From the sequence record SRR20825006_365: a stretch of DNA of 38,292 bases. The stretch is one strand, 5' to 3'. Both the position numbers and the translations under genes were made by a program. The notes below the pieces were generated by a model that had not been told where the DNA came from, ran no database searches, and saw only the letters and a list, made by a program, of their open reading frames with translations. Shown here in pieces: positions 1-9,933 of the stretch (positions within the stretch are counted from its first letter, which is position 1; each line of letters opens with the position of its first letter).

Positions 1-3000
1 GCGCGGGGTCAGGCTTCCGGCTGTGGTGCCTGCGACGGTCAATCCGATGCAGTAGAACTTGCCCGCCGTCGCCGCGAGCGGCTGTGCAATGGCATCCGCC
101 GTGCCCGTCGTATGAGTGGCCACGCCGCCTGCAACGGCCCAGCCTGCGTCCAGCGTCCATGCGGCCGCGTTGTCCATCGACCCGCCCGCAATCAGGTTTT
201 CGCGCGTGGTGTCACCGAGCGTGGTCGAATAGCTGGACTGCGGGGTCACAGCGAGCGGCACGCCCACGGCATCGGTCTCGCGGTCCAATGTGTCAGAGGT
301 CGAGCGGTAGACCTGAAGCGCCGTGGTCGCCGTATCGTCGCCGGTCGCGATCTGGATCAACGCGCCGCCCAAGAGCGTGGTGACAGTGATCCCGGCCTCG
401 TCAAGGGCGGCGGGGATGTCCGCATCCTGCTCGCCGACGATGATCGTCACGGTCACAGTAAAGGGTCCATAAACGCCCGTCGCACTGATCCCGCGTGCCC
501 GGATTTCGACGGTGTCGCCAGTGGCATAGCCCTCGATGTCACCACCGCCATTCGCAGCCGTGATCAAGAGCGTGGTCCAGTCCGTGGTCTCGGCAATCCG
601 ATGGTCGATCTCGAACGTGGCCGTCGGCACAGAGCCGGACCCCGGCGCAATCAGATAGGTGATCAGGTTCTCGGTGCCTGTGCCGGACAGACCGCTGGTG
701 ACGGAAACAAAGCGCGGTGCGGAGGGTTGCAGCACGTTGTCGTCCAGCTCGGCACCAACACGGCTCGACCAGGCGGGAATCTCGGTCGCCGCCAGTTCGA
801 TGTCGATCTCCGGTGCGGCGGCGACCATGCTGAAAATCGAGCAGCCATCGGTGGTGTTTTCAACATTGCGGACGATGTGATGCAGCGCCGTGGCGGTGGA
901 TTTGCCAAACTGTACGAGATCACCGGCGTGATAGATGCCATCCACGAATGCCGCACCACGCGGCAATGGACCAGCGCCAACAAGTGTCAGGACCGAGGTC
1001 TCGCCCGGCACTGTCTCTACAATCCTGACGACAGACTGACCGATGACGTCGGCCTCATCCTCGAACCACCGAAACCGGATCGCATAGGTCTCGCCTGCCT
1101 CCATCACCACTGCAGTGTCCAGCTCAACCAATGCGCCAAAGACCTCTTTCACGCGGCCCGTCTGGTGATCGCGCATCAGAGTGTAATGATTGGTCATCAC
1201 ATCGTCACCGCGCGTGGCGACCCGGAACATGCCGTCTTGGGTCGCTTTAAAGGTGTCGGGGCGGTAGATCGCTTCGAGCTGGCGGCGACGCCCCTCACGC
1301 CAGACCTCATCGGCGTAGACTTTGCCGGATTGCGGCAACTCTTCGGTGATTTCGATGTCACCCTCATAGCCCGGCCACCGGATTTCGCGCTGGGTTTCTT
1401 TGTAGTCATTTCCGGCATCAAGAAAGGTCACGATAGAGGCGTGCGGCGGTTTGAAATAGGACCGCTCAGTGGAAAATCCCCACGAATTTCGCGGGCTGAT
1501 ATGGTCGACAATCAGCGCATCGTGAGAGGGCCGGTCGATGACAACGCCATATCTGCGACCATCATGGCGCGGCGTGGCGCGACCTGCAGCCGCGATCTCG
1601 GTCAGGACATCGCGCAGGGTGGAGCTGGTCTCAGACAGCGCCTTGTTGAAGGTCAGGCCATTGAGCGTACAGAATTCATGCCACTCCTGCAAAAGCTCCA
1701 GATCAAGCTGGGCGTCAGATCGCGGCTCGGGCAGGGCCGGGTCTTGCAACACATGGCGATAGAGGCTTGCGGGGTTTTCGGTGACGCGGGTGATCCAAGT
1801 GCCTGAGGCGGCATCCCAATCGGGGCAAATCCGGGTCACAAGGCAGTTGAAATCGTCCAGCGCGCCCGAGAGTTGATGCGTCGCCTTGATCCGCAGCGCC
1901 ACCAGTGCAAGCGGGCGCGGGAAGGCGAGCGGATATTCAGGGCGCAGGGTCTGCAGCGCGGCCCAGGTGGTGCGCTGTTGGACCTTTGAGCTGGTGTTCT
2001 CATCCGTCAGCATCGTGCACCGCACCTGCCAGCGCGCGCGGGACGGAAAAGACCAGGTGTGTTGGCGATAGAAGCCTTCGGTCTTTTTGGCCTTCACAAC
2101 AAGCTCCTCGACCAACTGCCATTCGGTCGCCTCGACCAAACGCTGTTCAATGCGGATATTGACGCTTTGATCGTGCTTGTCGCCGTCGTCGTCATAGCGC
2201 ACGAGACCGGCAGGCCATGCGAAGATGATAGAGGCTCCCGAGGCGTCCGCGCCGGTTGTGCGCACCACTGGCGTCTCAACGCCCGGCGCGTCATCACCGC
2301 TGCTTAATCCATCGCCAAACCCCGGCCACAGTCCGAGATCCAAAGTTGGCCAATCCTCCTCGCTCTCAATCTGGATGATCTCACCTGCATCATCGCGGGG
2401 GCGCGGCTTGGTCAGTTCCACACCGACCTGCTCCTCGACCACCTGTTGCGGATAGAGGCTGACGGGCAGCTCGCCCTCGATGCCGTAGCGGACCTCTGTG
2501 TCGACCTCGTCATATTCAGACAGGCTGGTCTCGCCGATGCGCATGTCCTCAATCGCAATCTGACCTTCGCCGATCACAAAGAGTACGCGGATGTATTGAT
2601 CATCGCCGACGATCTCGGTGTAGGGAAGTGCTGCGTAGGGTGGGGCGACGCGCATTTTGCCCAGGACAATGGGCACCGCACCATTTGGCACAGCGCGGTT
2701 TTTGAGCCCCGAAATCGAATAGGTGTTGCGCGTCTCATCATCAGACGCCGAAGGCGGCGGGATCAGGGCGTTGATCAAGAGGTTGCCAAGCAGTGTGACG
2801 CCCACACCGATCAGGCCAGATGCGACGGCAAACCCAACTGTTCCGGCGGTGAACCCGAGACCTGCCGCCCAAAATTGACCAAGGGCGACGGCGGCCACGG
2901 ACACCACGATTGACAAGATCGAGCGCAGCGCGTTCTTGCCGGGGACAATGCGGATCACGACTTGCACGCCCGGATGCGGACGAATGCGCAGCCTATACTC

Positions 3001-3201
3001 AGGCGGAACCACATCAATGCCCTTGGGCGTCACCAAGGCCACACGTACAAGCATCAGCTCAGCGGCAGTGGCCCCCGGCAGCGCCATGCGCACGATCTCA
3101 TCCACCGTCAACCCATAGGGCACGTCGAGCTTGATCCGCTCGGCGTCAGAGTTCCAATTCGGAGCCGCAAGGACCGGGATATGGGAGAGGGGGCGGCTCA
3201 T
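1..3201 (-). CDS. Tail tip / host-specificity protein (lambda I+J-like), truncated by the window edge
   Basis: ATG at 3201 overlaps the stop of the upstream NlpC/P60 gene (ATGA). Manual translation MSRPLSHIPVLAAP...hydrophobic Gly-rich segment...NRAVPNGAVPIVLGKMRVAPPYAALPYTEIVGDDQY resembles tail-tip proteins. Absent from the ORF track, consistent with a frame that has no stop inside the window. Confidence 0.85.
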   Translation of the reverse strand, partial: MSRPLSHIPVLAAPNWNSDAERIKLDVPYGLTVDEIVRMALPGATAAELMLVRVALVTPKGIDVVPPEYRLRIRPHPGVQVVIRIVPGKNALRSILSIVVSVAAVALGQFWAAGLGFTAGTVGFAVASGLIGVGVTLLGNLLINALIPPPSASDDETRNTYSISGLKNRAVPNGAVPIVLGKMRVAPPYAALPYTEIVGDDQYIRVLFVIGEGQIAIEDMRIGETSLSEYDEVDTEVRYGIEGELPVSLYPQQVVEEQVGVELTKPRPRDDAGEIIQIESEEDWPTLDLGLWPGFGDGLSSGDDAPGVETPVVRTTGADASGASIIFAWPAGLVRYDDDGDKHDQSVNIRIEQRLVEATEWQLVEELVVKAKKTEGFYRQHTWSFPSRARWQVRCTMLTDENTSSKVQQRTTWAALQTLRPEYPLAFPRPLALVALRIKATHQLSGALDDFNCLVTRICPDWDAASGTWITRVTENPASLYRHVLQDPALPEPRSDAQLDLELLQEWHEFCTLNGLTFNKALSETSSTLRDVLTEIAAAGRATPRHDGRRYGVVIDRPSHDALIVDHISPRNSWGFSTERSYFKPPHASIVTFLDAGNDYKETQREIRWPGYEGDIEITEELPQSGKVYADEVWREGRRRQLEAIYRPDTFKATQDGMFRVATRGDDVMTNHYTLMRDHQTGRVKEVFGALVELDTAVVMEAGETYAIRFRWFEDEADVIGQSVVRIVETVPGETSVLTLVGAGPLPRGAAFVDGIYHAGDLVQFGKSTATALHHIVRNVENTTDGCSIFSMVAAAPEIDIELAATEIPAWSSRVGAELDDNVLQPSAPRFVSVTSGLSGTGTENLITYLIAPGSGSVPTATFEIDHRIAETTDWTTLLITAANGGGDIEGYATGDTVEIRARGISATGVYGPFTVTVTIIVGEQDADIPAALDEAGITVTTLLGGALIQIATGDDTATTALQVYRSTSDTLDRETDAVGVPLAVTPQSSYSTTLGDTTRENLIAGGSMDNAAAWTLDAGWAVAGGVATHTTGTADAIAQPLAATAGKFYCIGLTVAGTTAGSLTPR

Positions 3202-3665
3202 CTCGACGCCTCCGAGATGATTTGAACAGGGCGTTCAACGCGGTGTTTAACGGCCTGTTCACCCGCCATATTTTGGTGCCGCCAATGGCCCTCAAAGCGG
3301 TGGCTCCACGTGCCACGATCATAGCGCTCGATCTTGCTTTGATCCTGACCAAACATGTGGATCATGACACCGTGACGCACAACGATCCCAACATGAGAAG
3401 AAAAGCGCCCGAGTTTGAAAACGGCAATGTCAAAGGCGATGGCCGGACCACTGACCGGCAGCCAAAGCGGGCTGGATTTCTCGCCTTCGATGATTGCGGA
3501 GACCTCGCCGCACTCATCCGGTGAGCTGTAGCTGAGATAGTCCGGCAGGGTGATGCCAAGCTCCTCCTGATAGAGGATGCAGGCCAGACCCCAACAATCC
3601 GCGCCACCGCGGCTGCGACCGTGGTCCTGTTGCGGGATGCCGATGAATTTGTTTGACCAGCTCAT
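3198..3665 (-). CDS. NlpC/P60 (C40) tail-associated peptidase
   Basis: GADCWGL catalytic Cys motif and HVGIVV..H; located before the tail tip gene. Confidence 0.9.
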   Translation of the reverse strand: MSWSNKFIGIPQQDHGRSRGGADCWGLACILYQEELGITLPDYLSYSSPDECGEVSAIIEGEKSSPLWLPVSGPAIAFDIAVFKLGRFSSHVGIVVRHGVMIHMFGQDQSKIERYDRGTWSHRFEGHWRHQNMAGEQAVKHRVERPVQIISEASR

Positions 3666-4064
3666 GTGCCCAAACCTTCTATGGTCAAGGCCGTTGCTCT
3701 GATAAAAGAATTCTGGACGATTCTTTTCAGACGGAGACAGATTGTTATGGAAATTGAACCACTCGAGTCAGGTGCGATCCTTCCCATTGAAGAGATCGAC
3801 GACGAAAGCGAGACACGTGTTTTCTTAGTATCATACTTCATCTCTTGCACCCTCTTAGGCCCCGAGCAACAAGAGTATGTAAATCAAATCGAAGTTGGCG
3901 TTCCGGTCCGCTCGGAGGACCATAACGCGTCATACCGGGAGATTGAGGATGCTGGTGCTCAAGCGCTTCCAGCCTTTTTTCGAGATCTTGCAGACGCGAT
4001 TGAACAGGATCTTGCGCGGGTAGATCGCAAGCGTGCAATCCGCAAAGCCGCGTCACCCGATTGA
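3666..4064 (+). CDS. Hypothetical acidic protein, counter-oriented insert in the tail operon (start may be ATG 3681 or 3747)
   Basis: 132-aa ORF with plausible composition in an AT-richer patch; no recognisable motif. Confidence 0.55.
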   Translation: MPKPSMVKAVALIKEFWTILFRRRQIVMEIEPLESGAILPIEEIDDESETRVFLVSYFISCTLLGPEQQEYVNQIEVGVPVRSEDHNASYREIEDAGAQALPAFFRDLADAIEQDLARVDRKRAIRKAASPD

Positions 4065-4088
4065 TTAGGTTTTTCATCGCTTCACTCC

Positions 4089-4619
4089 TCATTGATGCAG
4101 CCCCGGAAACTTGGTGCGGGTCATGCGACCCGGTGGATAATATTCAAGCTCGATCTCTTGGCGTGACAGGGTCAGGCCAACCTCGGTGTCGGTGATATTT
4201 GCGGCGGTCAAGTTGAGGTCGAGCACCTCGTCCTCAATCACGTCCGGCGTAGAGGCCATGACCATGCCAATGTGGATCGTTGCGAGATCGACAAACGAGA
4301 GCAGCAGCTCGGCGTAAGCGGCATCCAGTACATCCAACACGAGCTGTGCCTCGCCCGGATCGTCTTGGCTGTCAGAGGGCAGGATGGCCGAGGCCACCAC
4401 CCACAGGAACGGCTCGGTGACGGGATCGGCACCGCGCCAGGTCGAACGGGTGCCCCGTATTTGCGCGGTCTCCACCACCTCAATCAGATCGGCGTTGTCG
4501 GTTGACAACCGGATCGGTGCGTCCAAGTCCGGGTGGGTGATCTCAAACAGCAGCACTTCGATTTGATCGGTCGAGACCGCATCCGTTGCCATGCGGGCGT
4601 TCAGTGAAATCCGTCTCAT
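4089..4619 (-). CDS. Minor tail protein (DUF1833 / gpL-like)
   Basis: LFEITHPDL..PIRLSTD N-terminus, FPGL C-terminus, synteny. Confidence 0.75.
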   Translation of the reverse strand: MRRISLNARMATDAVSTDQIEVLLFEITHPDLDAPIRLSTDNADLIEVVETAQIRGTRSTWRGADPVTEPFLWVVASAILPSDSQDDPGEAQLVLDVLDAAYAELLLSFVDLATIHIGMVMASTPDVIEDEVLDLNLTAANITDTEVGLTLSRQEIELEYYPPGRMTRTKFPGLHQ

Positions 4620-5038
4620 GGGTACACCACCACATTGAAGGTTTTGCGGAATTGGACCTGCCCGGCGATGCTCTCAACCGGGACTTGATCGCCAAAAGAA
4701 CAGAGCCACCGCGCAGAGAGGAGCAGCGGCGTGCCATCGGCCATCAACAGGGGCTGGCCGTCAGAGGTCAGCATTTGCCAGCCGTCTGTGGTTGGGTCTG
4801 GCATGTAAAACAGACGGGTGCCCGCCGCGCAGTCGACGCGGTAGAAATTGTCGAAGATCGCCTTTTCATCACGGGTCAGTACCACCGACAGGCTCACATT
4901 CGTGGACCACGCCGAGAAGCGCGCGCCGTAGCCGGTCGGGCCAGTATCTGCTTGACGCTTCTTGCGCGCATCCTGCGGCTGTGACTGCCACGTGTTGCGC
5001 TCAGGGTTTGGAAGTGTATCGGGCCAAGTCAGGGTCAT
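4616..5038 (-). CDS. Distal tail / minor tail protein
   Basis: WPDTLP start; directly after the tape measure with ATGA overlaps on both sides. Confidence 0.7.
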   Translation of the reverse strand: MTLTWPDTLPNPERNTWQSQPQDARKKRQADTGPTGYGARFSAWSTNVSLSVVLTRDEKAIFDNFYRVDCAAGTRLFYMPDPTTDGWQMLTSDGQPLLMADGTPLLLSARWLCSFGDQVPVESIAGQVQFRKTFNVVVYP

Positions 5039-7674
5039 CCGCGTCCGATCCCCTTTTGCCGCGCCCCATACAGGGTCTTCATTTGCCGTTTGGCGGCACC
5101 GCCCGACATGCCTGTCGCCACGGCATCAGACAGCACCAGTTTGTGCTGCCGCTGCCCGCGTGGACCGGTGGTCTCTTCGACCTCCATATTGAGCGGGACG
5201 GAGCTGTTGTTGACCGGCATGATGTTGATCTGCGGTGCATACGAAGTCGCGCTGCCGTCCATTGCACCACCTGCGGCAAAGCGGGGGACACTCCCGCCAG
5301 AATTGAGCAGTTCTAGTAAGTGGCGGTTCTTGGCGGTCGCTTTGGCGTTCATCATGAACTCGCCATTCGAGCCATACATCAGGACTTGATCGGATTTCGG
5401 ACCGCCTTTGCCGTAGATCATCCCGCCTTCAGCATGGGCCGGAACGGCGACAGGTGTTGGAGCAAGGTTTGGGGCGACGGCTGTCACAAGTGCGCCGATC
5501 AAGCCGCCGCCTTGAGCGCCGCCAAATAAGTTTGCCAAAGGCCCTTCGCCCAGGAGCGCAGCCTGAAAAACCATGTCTGCAATTCGGTCTGCAAGATTGG
5601 CAAGTGTTTGCTCCAAATCACCACCGCTGGAGCGCAAATCCTGAAACACACCATAAGCTGTGCTGCGCACCTCGGCCCACATTGCAGCCTGTTGTTCAAC
5701 TGCGCGGGTCTCTTGATCGCGTTGTGCAATCAGGCTTGCGATGGTTTGACGTTCCGCTTCAGTCGCGCCGATTAGAGCCTCGCGATTGCGCAGCAGTTCT
5801 TTTTGGACCGGATCGCTTGTCTGCAAAATGGCGATTTCGTCCTGCAAGCCTGCAATGAGGTCTGTGACGGCTTTGCGCTGTTGTTCTGTCGCTTTGGCAA
5901 CAGCGCCTGCGCCACTTGCGCTTTTGCGGGCAGCGGCGGTTTGCGCCTCGCGCCATACCCGCAATTGCTCATTGTAGCGGGCCGCCTCAACCTGCGCGCT
6001 GACAAACTCGCGGCGCTCTTTTTCCACCGTGTTGACGAGCGTGCTGGATGCCCCTTCAGGCAGTTCGGTGCGGGCATCAAAGTCTGCACGTGCCAGGGCC
6101 TCGGCACGGCCAATTGGATCGTCGCGGAATTCATAGTTGATCCGTGCACGATTGGCCGCCCCGCCGCCTTGATTGGAGAGGGAAATCGCATTGTCGACAG
6201 CGCGGGCCAACTCGTTGGCGATGTTGCTGGCTTGTTGGGCGGCCAATCCAAGCTGCGCGGCAGTATTAACAGCTGCCAGCCCCTTTGCCCCATCCCACGC
6301 GCCCATGATCTCGTCTTTGGTGCCTTGGCTCATGTCGCGCGTTAGGTTTGCTGCCGCATAGACCAAACGTTCTTGCATGGTGCGCAAAACCGTCGCCTCA
6401 TAGCTGTCAGCCCCAAATTTGGCAATGACGGCTTGCAAGGCGGCTTGGTCACGCAGGGTATTGATTTGATCCTGTGCCGATGAGACAGCGGCATCGCTTT
6501 CAGCGCGGGTCCGGGCATAGAGGCCATAAATGCTGGCCTGCTGTTCCAGTTCATCCGCGCGAATGCTGGCGAGGTTCTCCTCAGAGGCAATACGGCTTTG
6601 ATAATATTGCTCCCAGCCACCTTTGAGTGTCTCAAGGCCACCGTCCTGAATGTCCACACTGCGCAGATTGGCCAGTTGTTCAATCAGCGTTTTCAGGGTC
6701 TCATCTTCGGATTGAGTGATGCCATTGGCACCCTCTGCGGCTGTTTTGAACACCGCAATGAGTTGTTCAAACGCTGCAATTTGCTCGGCAACAGACCCTT
6801 TTGCGGCGGCATCTAATTGTTCATAGGCGAGGACAACTGGCGGGATCAGTTTGCGGCCCAGCTCACGACCTGTCCCGTCCAAATAGAGGTCGAATTGCTC
6901 GGCAATATTGTCCATTTGGTGGGTTTGACGATAGGAACCATAACCGCCGGTGATTGATTTTGAAACCTGTGCGGCTTGGCGCTGAATGTCGCGGCGCTCG
7001 ATCTCGGCCAGCTCCAAAAGGTTTTGCCGGGCGTCTTCGGCCATACCACCATACTCGGTGCGCAACTCTGCCAGCGGTGTTTTGGCTTTTTCGAGCAGCG
7101 CGATATAGCGATCAACGCTTTGCCCCATGCTCTCCAAGGCCTCGTCCAGAGAGATGGCATCAGGTCCCGCGTCGCGCAGCCAATTGACCATAGCGGCACC
7201 TGCCGCAATTCCGCCAATCGTCAGTAGGCTGATTGGGTTGAGCATGCCAACGATAGCCGTTCCCAAGGCCTTCATCGCGCCAGCCGCCCCCATGGGTCCA
7301 AGGACTTGAGAAATCTGCGTCCCTTGTTGCATGGCCAATTGCAGAGGGTTTTGACCGGCCATCATCATGACCAGGACGTCATTGCCTTGGGAGACCAAGT
7401 TGGCGGTATGTGCGGCTGCCACGCGGTTGGCTTGGCCCATGGCCTGTGTCGCGGCGATGTTCTGGCCTGCCGCCGCTGTCAGGCCTTTGAGGCGCGCCTC
7501 GGTTTGGTCTGCGCTTGCCCCCAGTCCCTTGGTTTGACCGCTGGTTTTTTGGGACGCTGTCCCCATACCTTTGACGGCACCCGTGGTTTTGTTGGCCTCA
7601 TCCCCAACAGATTTGACCGCGGCGCGCGCGTCGTCTCCGTCAGCTTCCAGGGTAATGCCAATTCTAAACGTCAT
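5035..7674 (-). CDS. Tail tape measure protein
   Basis: 879 aa, Ala/Gln-rich helical, lambda-type N-terminal motif GQNPLQLAMQQGTQI, C-terminal A.GG...GxGGPKSD..SNGEF. Confidence 0.92.
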   Translation of the reverse strand: MTFRIGITLEADGDDARAAVKSVGDEANKTTGAVKGMGTASQKTSGQTKGLGASADQTEARLKGLTAAAGQNIAATQAMGQANRVAAAHTANLVSQGNDVLVMMMAGQNPLQLAMQQGTQISQVLGPMGAAGAMKALGTAIVGMLNPISLLTIGGIAAGAAMVNWLRDAGPDAISLDEALESMGQSVDRYIALLEKAKTPLAELRTEYGGMAEDARQNLLELAEIERRDIQRQAAQVSKSITGGYGSYRQTHQMDNIAEQFDLYLDGTGRELGRKLIPPVVLAYEQLDAAAKGSVAEQIAAFEQLIAVFKTAAEGANGITQSEDETLKTLIEQLANLRSVDIQDGGLETLKGGWEQYYQSRIASEENLASIRADELEQQASIYGLYARTRAESDAAVSSAQDQINTLRDQAALQAVIAKFGADSYEATVLRTMQERLVYAAANLTRDMSQGTKDEIMGAWDGAKGLAAVNTAAQLGLAAQQASNIANELARAVDNAISLSNQGGGAANRARINYEFRDDPIGRAEALARADFDARTELPEGASSTLVNTVEKERREFVSAQVEAARYNEQLRVWREAQTAAARKSASGAGAVAKATEQQRKAVTDLIAGLQDEIAILQTSDPVQKELLRNREALIGATEAERQTIASLIAQRDQETRAVEQQAAMWAEVRSTAYGVFQDLRSSGGDLEQTLANLADRIADMVFQAALLGEGPLANLFGGAQGGGLIGALVTAVAPNLAPTPVAVPAHAEGGMIYGKGGPKSDQVLMYGSNGEFMMNAKATAKNRHLLELLNSGGSVPRFAAGGAMDGSATSYAPQINIMPVNNSSVPLNMEVEETTGPRGQRQHKLVLSDAVATGMSGGAAKRQMKTLYGARQKGIGRG

Positions 7675-8038
7675 GATGTGCCTTTGTTCAGCGCGTCCAC
7701 CGCGCCCGCTTCAATCACCAAAATGTCGTCCCAAAGGGCAGGGGTGACCTCTATGCCTGCCAGTTCCAGACCGGCTTTTGCTCCGGCATAATTCAGACCG
7801 ACGGTGATCTTCCCATCCATGCCGGCCCCGACCACGACCCACTGCGTTTTGATCCGCATGAACGCGCTCACAGCGGGCATATGTTCGGCCCAAATCCCGT
7901 CGTCCTCGTCTTCGTCCTCGTCGTCTCGGATCAAAAGGGCCGGGTCGATGCCCCAAAGCTCTGCGTCTGAGCGCAGATCGTCATCAATTGTGCCTTGATC
8001 GAGCGTGCCCGTGGCCCAAGCCCGCCCGACCCATTTCA
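7671..8038 (-). CDS. Tail assembly chaperone C-terminal (gpT-like, DUF1799-like) segment expressed by -1 frameshift
   Basis: The frame of ORF 7671..7934 stays open back to the slippery site at 8039-8045 (LKWVGRAWATG...LIRDDEDE...GLNY). Confidence 0.8.
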
Positions 8039-8368
8039 GTTTCCCAAGCGGGCTTTGGTCACTGCCGCGAAATAGGTGTTCACCATCGCCATGCGGGCGG
8101 CGTAATTGCTGAGCAATTGTTCCAGCAGCTCCGGCGTGTAGGGCAGGGGTTTATCATCCTCGCCAACGACGTCTTCGACAGTCAAAACCGTGGCCCGCAA
8201 GAGGCCTTTGGCCCCGTCCTCAGTGCGCAAATCGAAGGTCTCGACCTCTTCACTTGGCAACATTTGATAGCGCGCACGAAACGTGTCCTCGCGGAAGTCG
8301 TCGCCATCAATGGGGGTTTGAACTTTGACGGTGTGGGTGAAGGCGTGTTTTGTGGTGATCTTAAACAT
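8036..8368 (-). CDS. Tail assembly chaperone (lambda gpG-like)
   Basis: 110 aa between the tail tube and tape measure genes; ends ..ARLGN over the slippery site. Confidence 0.85.
   Translation of the reverse strand: MFKITTKHAFTHTVKVQTPIDGDDFREDTFRARYQMLPSEEVETFDLRTEDGAKGLLRATVLTVEDVVGEDDKPLPYTPELLEQLLSNYAARMAMVNTYFAAVTKARLGN
8039..8045 (-). promoter_or_regulatory. Programmed -1 ribosomal frameshift site G GGA AAC
   Basis: X XXY YYZ heptamer in the correct phase immediately before the TGA of the chaperone; lambda G/T analogue. Confidence 0.85.
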
Positions 8369-8416
8369 AGGGTTTCTCCGGTGTGCGGTGAGAGCTGGGT
8401 AAGAAGGCGAGACCGA

Positions 8417-9346
8417 TCAGGTCAGCGTCAGCGTCCATTGGTCATTGCCTGCGGTTGGCAAGGCTTGGGCGCGCAGGGGCCATTCAACTTTGCCATTCAC
8501 GTCTTCCAAGCTCTCGGGGCGTTGGATTTCGAGTTTGGGAATGGCCAGTGTGGCGATCCGGCCTGCGACCAAACCATGCACCAAGGACAGGGGCAGGTCG
8601 TCATCCGAGAGCGCGGCGCTATAAGGATCAAAGGTGGTGAGTGGGACGGCCTTTACGGTCATGTCCACGGCATCGACCTTGCCCGTGATGTCGACCATTT
8701 CTTCGCCGATCAAGAAGCTCGGGTTGACCTCGTTGCCAAGGTTCAAAGACAGTTTGCGCAACACCAATGACATGGCGTTGAGGCTGAAACTCGTGTTGGC
8801 ATCTGACACCACCTGTGGCTTCTTCCACGCGGCCAAAATCGGCGTGTCCATCACGGCCTCGGTGGGTTTGGTGAACAGCCCAGTGAACTCAAAGCGCAGA
8901 TAGGGAATATCCGAGGCCTCAAAATCCATCGTGACGGTACCACGCGCGCCGTATGAGACATATTTGGTGCCATCCAACGAGAAATACAGTGTCGCGCTCT
9001 CATGACCGTCGCTGACCGGGTTGTAGGTCACCGAGGTGTCGGCAACGATGGTTTCGGCCACGCCACATGCGCGCAATAACGGCCCCCAAGCCGGGGCCAG
9101 ACCTGCGGTGCCCGAGGGTTCAAGCTCGACGTCAAAGGTCACCTTTGCGTGCAGTTCGGCTGGTAGTGTGCCCTGTGCCCCCATGTACGGTTGCTCCAGG
9201 TTGCGCTCGATGTCTTTGCCTTGCATCGGCATCCATTTGAAGTTCACCGTCTGGAGTGCGTTTGCGGCTCCCGTGGGGGTTGGGTCAACGCCGTAAGTCG
9301 GCTCCAACTTGAACAGGACGATTTTCTTGCGCCAAATCTTGGACAT
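8417..9346 (-). CDS. Major tail tube protein
   Basis: 309 aa, beta-rich, E.TYGVDP start, WGPLLRACG; synteny; AGGAGG RBS. Confidence 0.85.
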   Translation of the reverse strand: MSKIWRKKIVLFKLEPTYGVDPTPTGAANALQTVNFKWMPMQGKDIERNLEQPYMGAQGTLPAELHAKVTFDVELEPSGTAGLAPAWGPLLRACGVAETIVADTSVTYNPVSDGHESATLYFSLDGTKYVSYGARGTVTMDFEASDIPYLRFEFTGLFTKPTEAVMDTPILAAWKKPQVVSDANTSFSLNAMSLVLRKLSLNLGNEVNPSFLIGEEMVDITGKVDAVDMTVKAVPLTTFDPYSAALSDDDLPLSLVHGLVAGRIATLAIPKLEIQRPESLEDVNGKVEWPLRAQALPTAGNDQWTLTLT

Positions 9347-9499
9347 TTAAGCCTCCTTTTCCGACGATGCCGCAGCGGGTGCGACGTCTGGTTTCTTGCG
9401 CTTTTGGGGCGCTGGTTTGGTCGTGGCCGTCTGGATCAAGCGGCCCTTCTCAAGCCTGTAGCTGCCTCCGCTTTGGGGCATGGGGGATGCCTTGGTCAT
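9347..9499 (-). CDS. Small hypothetical protein (50 aa, MTKASPMPQSGGSYRLEKG...)
   Basis: Exactly fills the gap; ATGA overlap upstream and stop abutting the tail tube ATG. Confidence 0.7.
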   Translation of the reverse strand: MTKASPMPQSGGSYRLEKGRLIQTATTKPAPQKRKKPDVAPAAASSEKEA

Positions 9500-9933
9500 G
9501 ATGTGATCCTCAATTCGTCGGTGATGGAAAACGTGAGCTGGTAGACCAGAGTGCCTGCCGCCAAGGACAGGACGCTGCCGGTCTCAAGTTGAAACACACC
9601 AACTTCGTCGTTCGGTGCCCAACCGGCGATGGCATTGGTCACATTGCCGATCAGCCCATCCACGTCTGCGAGGGCGCGTTCGCCCGCCTGATCATTGGAC
9701 CTCAGGGTCAAAAGCACAGCGATGGCCTCAGACGTGGACTGAGTGAACAGGCCTGCAGCGGCCTCGGGTTTGCCGCCCCGAATGCCATTGGGCACCACAT
9801 GGGCCGCTGGGGTTTGTTGGGGCAGGGCGTTTTGCTTGAGCAGCTCGGTAAAATCTGCGACGCCTTCGATACTGCGGAACTCAGGTACCTGCGTGCGCAA
9901 ACGCGCGATCACATCTGCGATCACGACCCCCAT
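9496..9933 (-). CDS. Tail terminator (Mu gp37-like)
   Basis: 145 aa; follows the gp36-like adaptor; PAAHVVP and GW.P motifs. Confidence 0.75.
   Translation of the reverse strand: MGVVIADVIARLRTQVPEFRSIEGVADFTELLKQNALPQQTPAAHVVPNGIRGGKPEAAAGLFTQSTSEAIAVLLTLRSNDQAGERALADVDGLIGNVTNAIAGWAPNDEVGVFQLETGSVLSLAAGTLVYQLTFSITDELRITS

Noticed and set aside
112-1806. 564-aa + strand ORF and many other long + strand ORFs across the prophage
   Set aside because: Antisense shadows of GC-rich - strand genes; no motifs
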